Below are positions 33,416 through 45,270 of a DNA stretch of 64,000 nucleotides, piece by piece; the stretch's first letter is position 1, and the number at the start of each line of letters is the position of its first letter. Made by a program: the position numbers and the translations under genes. Source of the DNA: a bacterium (GTDB taxonomy: Bacteria > Electryoneota > RPQS01); assembly GCA_016721565.1 (NCBI GenBank), contig JADKHW010000003.1, forward strand, positions 64,315 to 128,314, given 5' to 3'. The notes below the pieces were generated by a model, which made no database searches, had not been told where the DNA came from, and saw nothing but the letters and a program-made list of their open reading frames with translations.

Positions 33416-33891
33416 CGAGATGCGTTGTCACGCTTGTGAAGCGGGGAAAGAAACCAGAGCACCGCAAGCCCTGTCGTCCAAAGCGCGGAAGGTACACCGC
33501 TCCACAGGAGTAAACTTAGGAACGGTAGCTCATTTGCTCGCGCAAGCAAGAGCATGCGCAAAACTTCAAGCAAGAGTCCGAAGAGAAAGACCAAGACAGT
33601 CCACGGCCACCAAAGACGGAACGGCGCACCTTCAGCAATGCGTGCGGAGAAAAATCCGGTAATGCTAAATGCAAAGCCCGACATGCCGAGCGGCAGTGAG
33701 CCGAGCGCATCAATTGCCAGGCCCAAAATGAAACCCGTTGCTGTTCCCCAGAGCGAACCGTATTGCATGCCGACATAAACGATAAAAGGCAGCAGGAACG
33801 ACGGGCGTGCGTTGCCGATGGTTAAGAGCGGGCCAATTCCCGCTTGCAAAACGAGCAAGCTGAGCGCGGTGACCAGTGCTTTTACGCTCAT
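33412..33891 (-). CDS. mreD: Rod shape-determining protein MreD
   Basis: 159 aa polytopic membrane protein between mreC and mrdA. Confidence 0.75.
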   Translation of the reverse strand: MSVKALVTALSLLVLQAGIGPLLTIGNARPSFLLPFIVYVGMQYGSLWGTATGFILGLAIDALGSLPLGMSGFAFSITGFFSARIAEGAPFRLWWPWTVLVFLFGLLLEVLRMLLLARANELPFLSLLLWSGVPSALWTTGLAVLWFLSPLHKRDNASR

Positions 33892-34727
33892 TGGTCACCC
33901 CCGATCGGGACATCATTCTGTCCAGCGTATTCATCAGGCCAACCAGTATCGGTGACCACGAACACATCTTCGACTGTACGTAGGTCAACAAACGGCTGAA
34001 CCAGCCAGCTTTCTCCATATATAGAGATGACGGATGGAGCATCAGTAATAACGCCGACTCGCAGACCTTTGGGGAAAACGGAGCCTGCTCCAGACGTTAA
34101 TACCAAATCACCTGATTTAATGTCAACACCCTGCGGCAATCCGGTTAACGTATAGCGATCTGGACCTGTCCAACGCAAGATTCCACGCATGCGCGTTCGC
34201 TCCAGCATTACAGCGACGCCGTAACTGTTGCCGACGAGTGTTTGAATTAACGCGGTGTGATCAGTAACTTCGACAGTCTTGCCGACCAAGCCTTGCGGCG
34301 TGATGACAGCGGCATGCAACGGCACTCCTGCGCTCCGACCCATATCAATGCGGAATTGCCCGCCAAGAGCCGGACCGACCGCGCTTATCACCGACGCAGA
34401 AATCGTAGAGATGTTCGAACGTTCACGCAAACCGAGCAGTGCGCGGAGACGTTCATTTTCAAGCGCAGCATCGCGCAATTTGGCATTCTCTTTACTTAAC
34501 GCGACGGCATGTTGTTGCAGAATATCGTAGTCTGACCAGATGGAAAAGAGCCTGCGGACGATGTGCAACGGAGACGCGGCATAACCGACGACATCCGTAG
34601 CCGTTTCCTTAAGCTCGCGGACGCCGGGCTTGGGGCTGGTTAACAGCAACACCAAAGAGATCGCGGCGCACGAGAGAAAGACAATCCATTCAAGAGTACC
34701 GCTTGCCTGGCGGTTTCGCGCTGGCAT
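33888..34727 (-). CDS. mreC: Rod shape-determining protein MreC
   Basis: 279 aa. N-terminal TM, coiled coil, then beta domains (GLVGKTVEVTDHTALIQTL...GDLVLTSG). Confidence 0.85.
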   Translation of the reverse strand: MPARNRQASGTLEWIVFLSCAAISLVLLLTSPKPGVRELKETATDVVGYAASPLHIVRRLFSIWSDYDILQQHAVALSKENAKLRDAALENERLRALLGLRERSNISTISASVISAVGPALGGQFRIDMGRSAGVPLHAAVITPQGLVGKTVEVTDHTALIQTLVGNSYGVAVMLERTRMRGILRWTGPDRYTLTGLPQGVDIKSGDLVLTSGAGSVFPKGLRVGVITDAPSVISIYGESWLVQPFVDLRTVEDVFVVTDTGWPDEYAGQNDVPIGGDQ

Positions 34728-34733
34728 CGCAGA

Positions 34734-35789
<1,056 letters not shown>

Positions 35790-36131
35790 TTAACCCTCGT
35801 CTGAAAGAACGATACCTGTGGCGAGGTTGGGTGGGTTAATGCCACGTTTCTTTTCTTCGGCCCAAAGGTAGTCAAGAATCATCGGAATTTCTTCCGTGTC
35901 AACTTGAACGTAGACCGAATAGTAAGCGCCCCACGAGCAGATCATCTTTTGATTCTGCGCAGCGGCAATAGCTTCAGCAAGCGACGGGAGTTTGCGCGTC
36001 ATGCGTCCGATTATGGCGTAGATCGCACCCGTGACGTCGCGCTTAACGATGTAGTTTTTGCCCATGTAGCGCACGCGTGACGGCGGACGTACATAGAGCG
36101 GTTGTTTGAGGTTTTTGGGCCAGTTGCTCAT
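35790..36131 (-). CDS. Hypothetical protein (113 aa) between purH and mreB
   Basis: ORF only; no recognisable motif. Its stop is 9 nt after the purH stop region, in the same orientation. Confidence 0.35.
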   Translation of the reverse strand: MSNWPKNLKQPLYVRPPSRVRYMGKNYIVKRDVTGAIYAIIGRMTRKLPSLAEAIAAAQNQKMICSWGAYYSVYVQVDTEEIPMILDYLWAEEKKRGINPPNLATGIVLSDEG

Positions 36132-36140
36132 GGGATCATC

Positions 36141-37679
36141 TCAATGTTTGAAGTGCCGGCGACCGGTAAAAAGCATGGCGATATTGTGTTCATTTGCGGC
36201 GTCTATGACTTCATCGTCACGAACGGACCCACCGGGTTGAACCACGGCGGTTGCTCCGGCTTGAGCAATGAAGTCCAAGCCGTCGCGGAAGGGGAAGAAA
36301 GCGTCGGAAGCGCAGACCGACCCGCGCAGTGAAATTGAAGAGGCCTCAGCTTTCAAAACAGCAAATCGAGCAGAATCAACGCGCGACATTTGCCCGGCAC
36401 CGATTCCGAGCGTGCCGTTCCGTGATGCAAACACGATTGCATTCGAGCGGACGTGCTTGCAAACGATCCAGCCAAGATGCATGGCGGCAAGTTCTTCAGG
36501 AGTCGGCTGGCGCTTGGTGACAACTTTGGCGTCCGCCCACTCGGGGAATCCTGTGTCTTTGTCTTGCAGTAGATAGCCGCCCCAGATCGCTCGAAGTTCC
36601 GTTGAGGCACCGCGCGCTTGCAATGATTGTGGGTCGAACGAGATCAAGCGCAGCGATTTCTTTTTCGCAAGAATCTCACGGGCACCGTCAGTAAAGGAAG
36701 GCGCAAGAATTATCTCAAGAAAGATATCAGATAGGATGCTAGCTGAATCCTCATCTAACGGGCGATTGAGCGCAACAATACCGCCGAATGCCGAAACGGG
36801 ATCGGTGAGCAATGCGGTAGTAATCGCATGCGCGGGGGTGTCGCCGAGGCCAACTCCGCAGGGCGTGACGTGCTTAATGATAACACAAGCGCAGTCAGTG
36901 AATTCACCCAATAAGGTTAACGCACCGTCGGCATCGAGCAAATTATTGTATGAGAGTTGCTTGCCTGAGAGCTTATCAGAGGCAACTAAACCTTCAGAGT
37001 GCGCGTGGAGCGGGGCATAGAGCGCGGCTTGTTGGTGCGGATTTTCGCCGTAGCGCAGTGCACGCGACTTGTGCAACGCGAGCGCGTGAAAATCACCGGG
37101 ATTTAGCCAATTGGCAATTGCTCCGTCGTACGCAACGAGTTCCATGAATGCGTGTCGACCCATTTTATCCGCAAGTTCTTCACTAACGGAACCGTTGCCA
37201 GTATTGAACTCGTTGATGAACTCGGCATATTGCCCGGTGTTGGTCAATACAACTACGTGCTTTCGATTCTTGACCGCGGCACGCACCATCGAAGGCCCAC
37301 CGACGTCGATATTCTCGTTGGTTTCTTCGTTAGACTTGCCTTGCGCGAGCGTTTGCGCGAAGGGATAGAAGTTCACGACAAGCAGATCAATCGGATCGAG
37401 ACCGAGGCGCTTCATATCTTCCATATCCCCAACATGATCTCGGCGCGCCAACATGCCGCCATGAATGCGTGGGTGAAGAGTCTTGATACGGCCTTCCATG
37501 GCCTCAGGATGGCCCGTGAAATCGGCAACTTCGGTGACGGGGATGCCCGCATTAACGATAGCTTTAGCTGTACCACCGGAAGCGACAAGTTCTACCTTGC
37601 TATCATGAAGGGCGCGGGCGAGATCGATAAGACCAGTTTTATCGCTGACAGAAAGCAGTGCGCGGCGGATTTGAATCAT
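36141..37679 (-). CDS. purH: Bifunctional AICAR transformylase / IMP cyclohydrolase
   Basis: 512 aa. N-terminal MGS-like domain SVSDKTGL...GGTAKA; C-terminal AICARFT domain. Confidence 0.95.
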   Translation of the reverse strand: MIQIRRALLSVSDKTGLIDLARALHDSKVELVASGGTAKAIVNAGIPVTEVADFTGHPEAMEGRIKTLHPRIHGGMLARRDHVGDMEDMKRLGLDPIDLLVVNFYPFAQTLAQGKSNEETNENIDVGGPSMVRAAVKNRKHVVVLTNTGQYAEFINEFNTGNGSVSEELADKMGRHAFMELVAYDGAIANWLNPGDFHALALHKSRALRYGENPHQQAALYAPLHAHSEGLVASDKLSGKQLSYNNLLDADGALTLLGEFTDCACVIIKHVTPCGVGLGDTPAHAITTALLTDPVSAFGGIVALNRPLDEDSASILSDIFLEIILAPSFTDGAREILAKKKSLRLISFDPQSLQARGASTELRAIWGGYLLQDKDTGFPEWADAKVVTKRQPTPEELAAMHLGWIVCKHVRSNAIVFASRNGTLGIGAGQMSRVDSARFAVLKAEASSISLRGSVCASDAFFPFRDGLDFIAQAGATAVVQPGGSVRDDEVIDAANEHNIAMLFTGRRHFKH

Positions 37680-37688
37680 TGATGAGTT

Positions 37689-38305
37689 TTAGGGTAGCAG
37701 AGTTACTGTGCGGCCTTCTATAGTGTAGCGGCCTTTTGCAATAATGCGCAAGGCTCCAACATAAAGGGATTTTTCAATATTTTGCACGCGTGCGGCCAGC
37801 GTGTCGGGCGTGTCGTCCGGCTTGACCATCACGGCTTGCTGCGCGATAATGGGACCATGATCATACTCTTCATCGACGAAGTGCACAGTCGCACCGGTGA
37901 TCTTGGAACCGTAGGCCAGCACCGCTTCATGAACATGATGTCCATACATACCTTTCCGCCAAACGCGGGTAGCAACGCCGGATGAATATTCACAATTCGA
38001 TGACGATAGGCAGCGACGACTTGTGGCGGAACGAGTTCCATGTACCCGCAAAGAAAGATGAAGTCGCAGTTGTGCTCTTGCAGAACGGCAAGCAACGCTT
38101 CGCCGTGCTCGCTTGTATTCAAGTAGGCTTTGCGCGAAACTACCTCGGCAGTCACTCCGAGATTTCCGGCGCGTTCGAGAGCAAGTGCTTTGCGATTGGA
38201 ACACACCAAAAGTGCGGGATCCGCAGGCAGGTTTTCCAATCGAATAGATTCAACAAGATGTTGAAACGTTGAGCCGTTGCCGGAGGCAAAGAATGCTACA
38301 CGCAT
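37689..38305 (-). CDS. purN: Phosphoribosylglycinamide formyltransferase, split by a frameshift near 37950..38000
   Basis: N-terminal piece (37829..38305) MRVAFFASGNGS...NIHPALLPAFGGK. C-terminal piece (37689..38204) ...GATVHFVDEEYDHGPIIAQQAV.... The two overlap in different frames. Confidence 0.8.
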
Positions 38306-38308
38306 GCT

Positions 38309-39250
38309 TCAGATATCAGAATCAAACGGTGAAATTGCGTACGAAAGGGCAAACTGATCGCGGGCGATGCTTAGGCGCATGGGCGAACCAACAGGGAGCG
38401 TCATGCGTGTAGCACCATGACCGTAGGGGAAACCAGTGATGATTGGATAGCTTGTACCATGCGTGGCATCGAGCAGGCTCTGTTTGAGTAATTCGTTGTT
38501 GCCCTGCGCCTCATCCCCGCTCCATCCAAAATCGCCGACAACAAGCGCCGCAAGATTTTGTAGGATACCGGCGTTGCGTAAGTGGAAGAGCAAACGATCG
38601 ACTCGATAGGGCGGCTCGGCAATGTCTTCAATCACGAGAATCACTCCACGCAAATCCGGCATCCACGGTGTACCCAAGAGTGTGGTTATCATTGTGAGAT
38701 TGCCGGGCATGAGTGGAGCAATAATCTCACGCGCACCGGAACGCAACAGCTGAAGGTCTGAATTGGGAAAACTGTTCAACCAATTGTCCGGAGATGTACC
38801 TGCGAGAATCTGTAATGCGAATTCGCGCGTCTCTTGAGTCAATTGGTCATCAAACTCAATTGCGAGCGGACCACTGAACGAGGTCACACGATGCTTGCCC
38901 CAGAGCGCCCATTGCAAAGCCGTCAGGTCAGAGAAGCCGAGAAACGGTTTGTCCGAACTTGCAATCAGTTCAAGATTCAGGGTTGACAACAGTCTTGACG
39001 TACCCACTCCTCCGCGAGCACACCAAACGGTATCCACTTCGGGGTCATTGAACAGCGATTCTAATTCCTCTTTGCGAATTTCATCCGTTGCAGAAAGAAA
39101 TCCGTGTTTACCATAAACACTTGGCGTCAATTTGAGTTTGAAACCAAGCGAGCTGATGCGCGCAATAGCGCGCTCAAGGACGTCCACCCGAACGGCGCCT
39201 GCAGGGGCACAGATTCCAATTGTAGCATCGGGCGAGATCGGTTTCAGCAC
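38309..39250 (-). CDS. ldcA: LD-carboxypeptidase (peptidase S66, muramoyltetrapeptide carboxypeptidase)
   Basis: 313 aa. GICAPAGAV...WCARGGVGTSRLL with the catalytic Ser-His-Glu arrangement. Confidence 0.8.
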   Translation of the reverse strand: MLKPISPDATIGICAPAGAVRVDVLERAIARISSLGFKLKLTPSVYGKHGFLSATDEIRKEELESLFNDPEVDTVWCARGGVGTSRLLSTLNLELIASSDKPFLGFSDLTALQWALWGKHRVTSFSGPLAIEFDDQLTQETREFALQILAGTSPDNWLNSFPNSDLQLLRSGAREIIAPLMPGNLTMITTLLGTPWMPDLRGVILVIEDIAEPPYRVDRLLFHLRNAGILQNLAALVVGDFGWSGDEAQGNNELLKQSLLDATHGTSYPIITGFPYGHGATRMTLPVGSPMRLSIARDQFALSYAISPFDSDI

Positions 39251-39254
39251 AACG

Positions 39255-40496
39255 TTAGTAGCCCCACTGCGGCCCGGCTAAAGTATAATCACCGAAGCCC
39301 GTGTAATCTACGAAGACAAAGCGGCGGTTCAGGTTGTGATAGTACCAGATCTCATAGGGGCGCGAACCTGATTCAAAGGGATGACGCTCGATATCAGTCG
39401 GCTCTCCATACATTATGTAAATGCGGCCGCGATCCGTTTCCCATCCGGGGCGATGCGTCGAATACTTTTCATCGGAGTATTGCACTCGGAAATAATACTC
39501 TTCCATCAATTCGTTCCGCTGTGTCTCTGGGGAGGGATCGCGTTTCTTCCAAAACTCGCGAAAAAGTTGCGCACGAGCGGTTACTGCGGGCCCGCGCAAA
39601 CGACGATTTTCTTCGGCGGTCGCAATGTACTTCACTTGTCGAATTGCTTGTCCAAGATCAGAAATCGAGGCGGGGACACCGGGGATATTCACCATGAAGG
39701 TCACGTCTCGTGCCTCGCGACGGCCAAATCCTATCGCTTCAAATGTAACCTTGTACTCTTGAACAGGCAAGTTTTTCATCACGACTGAGTATTCGAGATG
39801 TTGTACAGTACCTGTCGGGAATATCTTCTCGGATTGCGTCACAACGGGCTTCTTGTCCTCGCCGGAAACGGTCCACGAAATCAACAAAGTGTCCTTCGCG
39901 ACTGAAACCAAGTCGATGGCGACGAGAGCAGGTTCTTCACGGTTCGAGAAATTCTCGATGACACGCGGAGTGTTCGGCTCGTTCAGCAAGGAGTCACGAT
40001 CGAGCCAGTAAAGATCAGACACCGACAATAAAGAATCCATCAAGGCAGCGGATGCCTCTCCGCTCCAACGCGACTTACGTTTCGTCTCGCGATCCGTGAT
40101 GACCACTGAGACTTTGAAATCGCCCGGCTTAACGTAAAATTCTTCAGTGCGGACAGCGTTCAGCATGCGGCTGTTTGTCTCTTTGAACTCCTTGGTCAGA
40201 ACCTCAATATCCACGCTGCGTTCGGCAGCAAGCTTGCCTTCGTTGTCTATCAATGTAAACGCTGCTTCAATACGCGCTGCAAATCCGTCTTGTTGGCCGC
40301 GAACGAAAGTCAAGTTGTCATAAGGAACGGACAGAGCGACGAAGATAAGTGCGCTATCCGCTTTGCTCGACAAGCGCTGACCGCTGCGGCAACGAAAACC
40401 GCGAGACTCTGGCGTGTCATCGCGCGGGCGTTGTGCGGCGGCAATTGAGACTAACAGAGTTAGTGCGACAAGACAGGCAGTGCAAAGCTTCCGCAT
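39255..40496 (-). CDS. Secreted GWxTD-domain protein
   Basis: 413 aa. Signal peptide MRKLCTACLVALTLLVSIAAAQ. C-terminal PGWETDRGRIYIMYGEPTDIERHPFESGSRPYEIWYY matches the GWxTD signature of FCB-group bacteria. Confidence 0.6.
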   Translation of the reverse strand: MRKLCTACLVALTLLVSIAAAQRPRDDTPESRGFRCRSGQRLSSKADSALIFVALSVPYDNLTFVRGQQDGFAARIEAAFTLIDNEGKLAAERSVDIEVLTKEFKETNSRMLNAVRTEEFYVKPGDFKVSVVITDRETKRKSRWSGEASAALMDSLLSVSDLYWLDRDSLLNEPNTPRVIENFSNREEPALVAIDLVSVAKDTLLISWTVSGEDKKPVVTQSEKIFPTGTVQHLEYSVVMKNLPVQEYKVTFEAIGFGRREARDVTFMVNIPGVPASISDLGQAIRQVKYIATAEENRRLRGPAVTARAQLFREFWKKRDPSPETQRNELMEEYYFRVQYSDEKYSTHRPGWETDRGRIYIMYGEPTDIERHPFESGSRPYEIWYYHNLNRRFVFVDYTGFGDYTLAGPQWGY

Positions 40497-41851
40497 GAAT
40501 CACTCCGTTGCAGATTATCCGAATGAACGGGAACAGCGTCCAATTGATATGCCGCGGCTCCAGTAACTTTCACAAGGTGCATGATACCCGGAGACAATGT
40601 GCCGCGCACGCGCACGAGGGCATCAATATCAGGAGCGTCCCACGCGCTTCTGCCCCATGATGCGTCACGCACATTACGCTCGATCAATACGGGAATTGTC
40701 GCATCAATCAGCGTTTTATGGCGGCTCAGGCAAATTTGTTTTTGCAATTTCATCAACCGATCCAAGCGGTCGAGAGCCACACCCTCTTCGACACGACCGG
40801 GCAGATCGGCTCCTGCTGTACCGACTTGCGGTGAGTAGGTGAATACTCCTGCTCGCTCGAACTGAACCTCTTCCATGAAGCGGTAGAGTTCTTCAAAATC
40901 CTGATCCGTTTCGCCGGGAAAGCCTACCAGAACAGTTGTGCGCACGCACACATTATCGCGGCCGTCACGAAAGGCATCAATGGACTCCTTCATTTTCGCG
41001 GCGGTGGTTTTGCGATTCATGAGTTTCAGCATGCGGTCGGAAGCGTGTTCAATGGGAAAATCGAGATACGGAGCAAGCTTGGGAACGCGCGCGAGTTCGG
41101 TCATAAATTTCGGAGGAGCAGACGGCGGATGAGCATAAAGAATGCGAATCCACTCGATGCCATCAATCTCGGAGAGTTGATTGCATAACTCCACAAGCAT
41201 ACGCTTACGGTAGATATCTACGCCGTAGCTGGTGCTCTCTTGCGCAATAATCAAAATCTCTTTGACGCCTGTGCGTGCGAGCAGATTGGCCTCTTGCACA
41301 AGCTTTTCTATGGGTTCGCTGCGATACAATCCGCGCATCTGCGGAATTGCGCAGAACGCACAGGCGTGCGAACAGCCGTCGGAAATACGCAAATACGCAG
41401 AACCGGGACCGGCTTTGCCGCTGTACATCGTGACATTCGGAGACTCCATAACGCTGAGCGGATTTGCACCTAAAGCAGAGAGCATGCTTGACCACTCGCC
41501 AATGCCGAAGATGCCGTCCAGTTCAGGAAGCTCCGCTCGAATCTCGGGGCCGTCACGCTGTGTAAGGCAACCCATTGCATAGACACGGCGTCCGTGCTTG
41601 GCCTGCTTCCAGCGCACGGCTTCCAACATGACCTGAATAGACTCCACTTTTGCGTCGTCAATGAAGCCGCATGTGTTCACCACAACGACGTCAGCTTGCG
41701 ATTCGCGTGCTACGCACTCGAAGCCGCCTTGCTTCAATAGGCCCGCAAGCGTGTCGCTGTCAACGGCATTTTTTGCACAGCCAAGAGTTTGAATCATGAC
41801 GCGCGGAGGGCGCAGGTCGGCGGCGCAGTGTCGTTTCATTGCCACAGGCAC
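40460..41851 (-). CDS. rimO: Ribosomal protein S12 methylthiotransferase RimO (MiaB-like radical SAM)
   Basis: MTTase N-terminal domain (IQTLGCAKNAVDSDTLAGLL), radical-SAM CSHACAFC, C-terminal TRAM. The true start is probably an internal Met. Overlaps the dnaE stop. Confidence 0.85.
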   Translation of the reverse strand: MPVAMKRHCAADLRPPRVMIQTLGCAKNAVDSDTLAGLLKQGGFECVARESQADVVVVNTCGFIDDAKVESIQVMLEAVRWKQAKHGRRVYAMGCLTQRDGPEIRAELPELDGIFGIGEWSSMLSALGANPLSVMESPNVTMYSGKAGPGSAYLRISDGCSHACAFCAIPQMRGLYRSEPIEKLVQEANLLARTGVKEILIIAQESTSYGVDIYRKRMLVELCNQLSEIDGIEWIRILYAHPPSAPPKFMTELARVPKLAPYLDFPIEHASDRMLKLMNRKTTAAKMKESIDAFRDGRDNVCVRTTVLVGFPGETDQDFEELYRFMEEVQFERAGVFTYSPQVGTAGADLPGRVEEGVALDRLDRLMKLQKQICLSRHKTLIDATIPVLIERNVRDASWGRSAWDAPDIDALVRVRGTLSPGIMHLVKVTGAAAYQLDAVPVHSDNLQRSDSCGSFALPVLSH

Positions 41852-44800
41852 TCCACGTTCTTCTCGCCAAGCATTCTGCGAACTTGCGTGAGTACATCAA
41901 GCGACGTTTTCAAACGATAGCGGCGCGAACGTATGAATCTATCCTGACCGTTTTGCTCGACTCGGAAGAGAATCTCAACGTCACCATTGTGGTGCGCGAA
42001 AAGGTCTTCGAGCGCATTCAATGTGCGCTCCAAGTTCGGCTGTGGCGCAAGATGAATCAAAAGCTTGCGTGCAAAACGGGCTTTAGCTTCTTCAATCGTG
42101 TAAATCTCTTCGGCGATAAACTTAGGTTCTTCCTCTTCACGACGCGTCACGCGGGCAACGATGACAAGCTTGGCATCCTTTTGCAGAGAACGTGCATAGT
42201 TTTCGAGAACGTCTGCAAACACCAAAATTTCGGATGAACCCGTATAGTCCTCAAATGTAACAGTCGCCATCGGCTTGCCTTTGCGGGTAAGCTGACGGCG
42301 CACGTCGGTGACCACACCACCGATGCGAACACTATCCTGGTCAATCAGTTCAGAGGTGTCCCCGAGCGATACCGTAGTTATACTCTCGATCACTTCTCGC
42401 TCTTGATCGAGCGGATGACCAGAGGCATAGAATCCCAAAAGATCTTTCTCTTTGGAAATCTTCTCTTCGAATACTTGGTCAATTACTTCCGGAAGTTTCG
42501 GCTCCATTGAAGACGATCCTGACGCTTCACCGAATAGAGAAGATTGGCCGAAGTCGCGTTCGCGCTCTTTTTCAAGCGAGAAAGAAAGAAAGGCTTCGAT
42601 AGAAGCAAAAAATTGGCCGCGATTACCGGGCAAGCTATCGAGTGCGCCGGCACCGATCAAGCTTTCTATAACTTTGCGGCTAACGACGCGTGAATCGACT
42701 CTGGCGGCCATGTCGAAGAAGCTTGTGAACGGTCCGTCTTTTTCGCGGGCGGCAATTATTGCTTCAACAGGAGCTTGGCCGATGTTCTTGATATTTTCAA
42801 GGCCGCAACGTACCGCGCCTTCGGTGACCGAAAAGTTGCGCTCGGATTTGTTTACATCGGGCGGCAGAACAGACACGTTGTTTCGGCGAGCATCGTTGAT
42901 GATCTTCGGCATTTGTTTCGTATCACCATGATATGAAGCGATGTCGGAAGCCATGAACTCGGCAGGATAGTTCGCTTTCAGAAACGCAGTCTGATACGCA
43001 AGCACGGCATAACAGGCGGCATGAGCTTTCACAAATCCGTACTCGGAGAATTTACGGACGAGTTCGTAGATTTCTTCGGCGAGCTTTTTGTTCAGTCCGC
43101 TGTGCTTCAAACAACCTTCAATGAACTCGGCATGGACTTTCTCCATCTCCTCTTTCTTCTTCTTGCCCATTGCCTTGCGCAAGATGTCGGCGCGCCCGAG
43201 CGTGAAACCCGCGATATCGCGCGCTATTCGCAGAACTTGCTCCTGATAGACGATGACGCCGTAAGTTTGCTTAAGGATAGGCTCGAGATTGGGATGAAGA
43301 TAGGCAACCTGCGTGCGGCCATGCTTACGGTCGATGAAGTCGCCGATCATGTTCATCGGGCCGGGTCGATAGAGCGCAACCATCGCAACGATATCGTCGA
43401 TGCAGTTTGGTTTTAACTTCGTTAACCACTCGCGCATACCGCCGGATTCAAGCTGAAAAACTCCGGTTGTGTCGCCGCGGCCCAGCAGGTCATAGGTTTT
43501 TTCATCAAACGATTCGTGCACGGAATTGAGATCTAACTCCACACCGCGCTTAGCGAGCATGTTCATGCACAAATCTATGACATTCAGTGTACGCAAGCCT
43601 AAGAAATCCATCTTCAACAGGCCGATCTTGTCCACGATGTTCATATCGAACTGCGTGGTAATCGAACCGTCAGATTGACGGTACAGCGGAACGTAATCGG
43701 TCAAAGGCCCCGGAGTAATAACTACGCCTGCCGCATGTGTTGAAGCATGACGGCAAAGACCTTCAAGCGCGCCACCGACCGACCAAACTTTGCGAAAGTC
43801 CTCGCGATCCTTCAGCAACTCCACTAACTCGGGATTGCCGTCCGTGGCTGTGGCAAGGCTGGACGTTGGCCCATCGGGGATTTTCTTCGCAAGCTTATCC
43901 ATGTCAGCGTAGCTCATCCCCAACACGCGACCGACATCGCGGACAACAGCACGGGCTTTCAAGCGACCAAAGGTGAGAATCTGCGCAACGGACTCCGCGC
44001 CGTACTTTTCGCGCACGTACTCAATGACGCGCGCGCGTCCCTCATCGTGAAAATCGATGTCAATATCAGGCATCGAAATACGCTCTGGGTTCAGGAAGCG
44101 CTCAAAATATAGGTCAAAACGGATCGGGTCGAGACTCGTGATGCCCAAAGCATAACAAACGAGCGAACCTGCTGCTGAACCACGTCCGGGACCAACCGGC
44201 ACGTTTATTGAACGTGCGTAACGCACGAAGTCGGAGACGATCAAGAAGTAACCGGAGAATCCCATCTGATCGATCACTCGCAACTCATAGTTCAAACGCT
44301 CTTCAAGCTCTGGCGTGATGGCGGGATATCGACGCGTCATGCCCACACGAGCGAGTTTTGTCAGATAGCCAGTTTCGTTTTCTTCGCCATCGGGCAAGGG
44401 GAAACGCGGCAAGTGGCGCGTCGAGAAATCCAGCTTGATGTTGCACTTCTCGGCAACTTCACGCGTGTTCAAAAGAGCTTCGGGAACGTCGCTGAAGAGT
44501 GCAGCCATTTCTTCAGGAGTTTTGAGGTAGAACTCCTGTGTGTCGAACTTCATGCGCTCGATGTCAGATACGTTTTTACCTGTGCCGATGCAGAGCAGAC
44601 AGTCATGCGCTTCAGCATGAGTGCGATTCAGATAGTGTGTGTCGTTCGTGCAGATGATCTTCGAACCAAGCTTACCTGCCAGTTTGATGAGCTGCTTGTT
44701 AAGATTTACTTCGTCGGCGAGATCGTGGCGCTGAATTTCAACATAGAAATCGTCGCCGAAAAGTTCTTTGTACCACATCGCCTTTTCCCACGCACCGGAC

Positions 44801-45270
44801 TCATCACCGGACATGAAGAGCGAAGGAATATCCGAAGACATACAGCCGGATGTGGCAATCAGGCCTTTGCAGTGTTTCTCAAGCAGACCGGAGTCGATGC
44901 GCGGTTTGTAGTAGAAGCCTTCGGTATAACCGATGGACGAGAGCTTGACGAGGTTCTTGTAACCGATTTCGTCTTTGGCAAGCAGGAGCAAGTGGTTGGC
45001 GTATTCGTCGCCGTTACGCTTGCGTTGTCCGCCGGATTTGTCGAAACGATCCTTGCAGATGTACACTTCACAACCGATGATTGGCTGAACGCCTTGTGCC
45101 TTGCAGATGGAATAGAAATCCACCGCGCCGTGTAGCGCACCGTGATCGGTCAATGCAATCGCGGGCATGCCTAGCTCGACTGTCCGCTTAACAAGATCAG
45201 TAACCTTGCATGCGCCGTCGAGCAGACTATACTCTGAGTGGTTGTGAAGATGTACGAAATCCGAACTCAT
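41836..45270 (-). CDS. dnaE: DNA polymerase III alpha subunit
   Basis: 1144 aa. PHP domain HLHNHSEYSLLDGA, polymerase core, OB fold. An uninterrupted ORF, which shows that the standard genetic code applies. Confidence 0.95.
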   Translation of the reverse strand: MSSDFVHLHNHSEYSLLDGACKVTDLVKRTVELGMPAIALTDHGALHGAVDFYSICKAQGVQPIIGCEVYICKDRFDKSGGQRKRNGDEYANHLLLLAKDEIGYKNLVKLSSIGYTEGFYYKPRIDSGLLEKHCKGLIATSGCMSSDIPSLFMSGDESGAWEKAMWYKELFGDDFYVEIQRHDLADEVNLNKQLIKLAGKLGSKIICTNDTHYLNRTHAEAHDCLLCIGTGKNVSDIERMKFDTQEFYLKTPEEMAALFSDVPEALLNTREVAEKCNIKLDFSTRHLPRFPLPDGEENETGYLTKLARVGMTRRYPAITPELEERLNYELRVIDQMGFSGYFLIVSDFVRYARSINVPVGPGRGSAAGSLVCYALGITSLDPIRFDLYFERFLNPERISMPDIDIDFHDEGRARVIEYVREKYGAESVAQILTFGRLKARAVVRDVGRVLGMSYADMDKLAKKIPDGPTSSLATATDGNPELVELLKDREDFRKVWSVGGALEGLCRHASTHAAGVVITPGPLTDYVPLYRQSDGSITTQFDMNIVDKIGLLKMDFLGLRTLNVIDLCMNMLAKRGVELDLNSVHESFDEKTYDLLGRGDTTGVFQLESGGMREWLTKLKPNCIDDIVAMVALYRPGPMNMIGDFIDRKHGRTQVAYLHPNLEPILKQTYGVIVYQEQVLRIARDIAGFTLGRADILRKAMGKKKKEEMEKVHAEFIEGCLKHSGLNKKLAEEIYELVRKFSEYGFVKAHAACYAVLAYQTAFLKANYPAEFMASDIASYHGDTKQMPKIINDARRNNVSVLPPDVNKSERNFSVTEGAVRCGLENIKNIGQAPVEAIIAAREKDGPFTSFFDMAARVDSRVVSRKVIESLIGAGALDSLPGNRGQFFASIEAFLSFSLEKERERDFGQSSLFGEASGSSSMEPKLPEVIDQVFEEKISKEKDLLGFYASGHPLDQEREVIESITTVSLGDTSELIDQDSVRIGGVVTDVRRQLTRKGKPMATVTFEDYTGSSEILVFADVLENYARSLQKDAKLVIVARVTRREEEEPKFIAEEIYTIEEAKARFARKLLIHLAPQPNLERTLNALEDLFAHHNGDVEILFRVEQNGQDRFIRSRRYRLKTSLDVLTQVRRMLGEKNVECLWQ

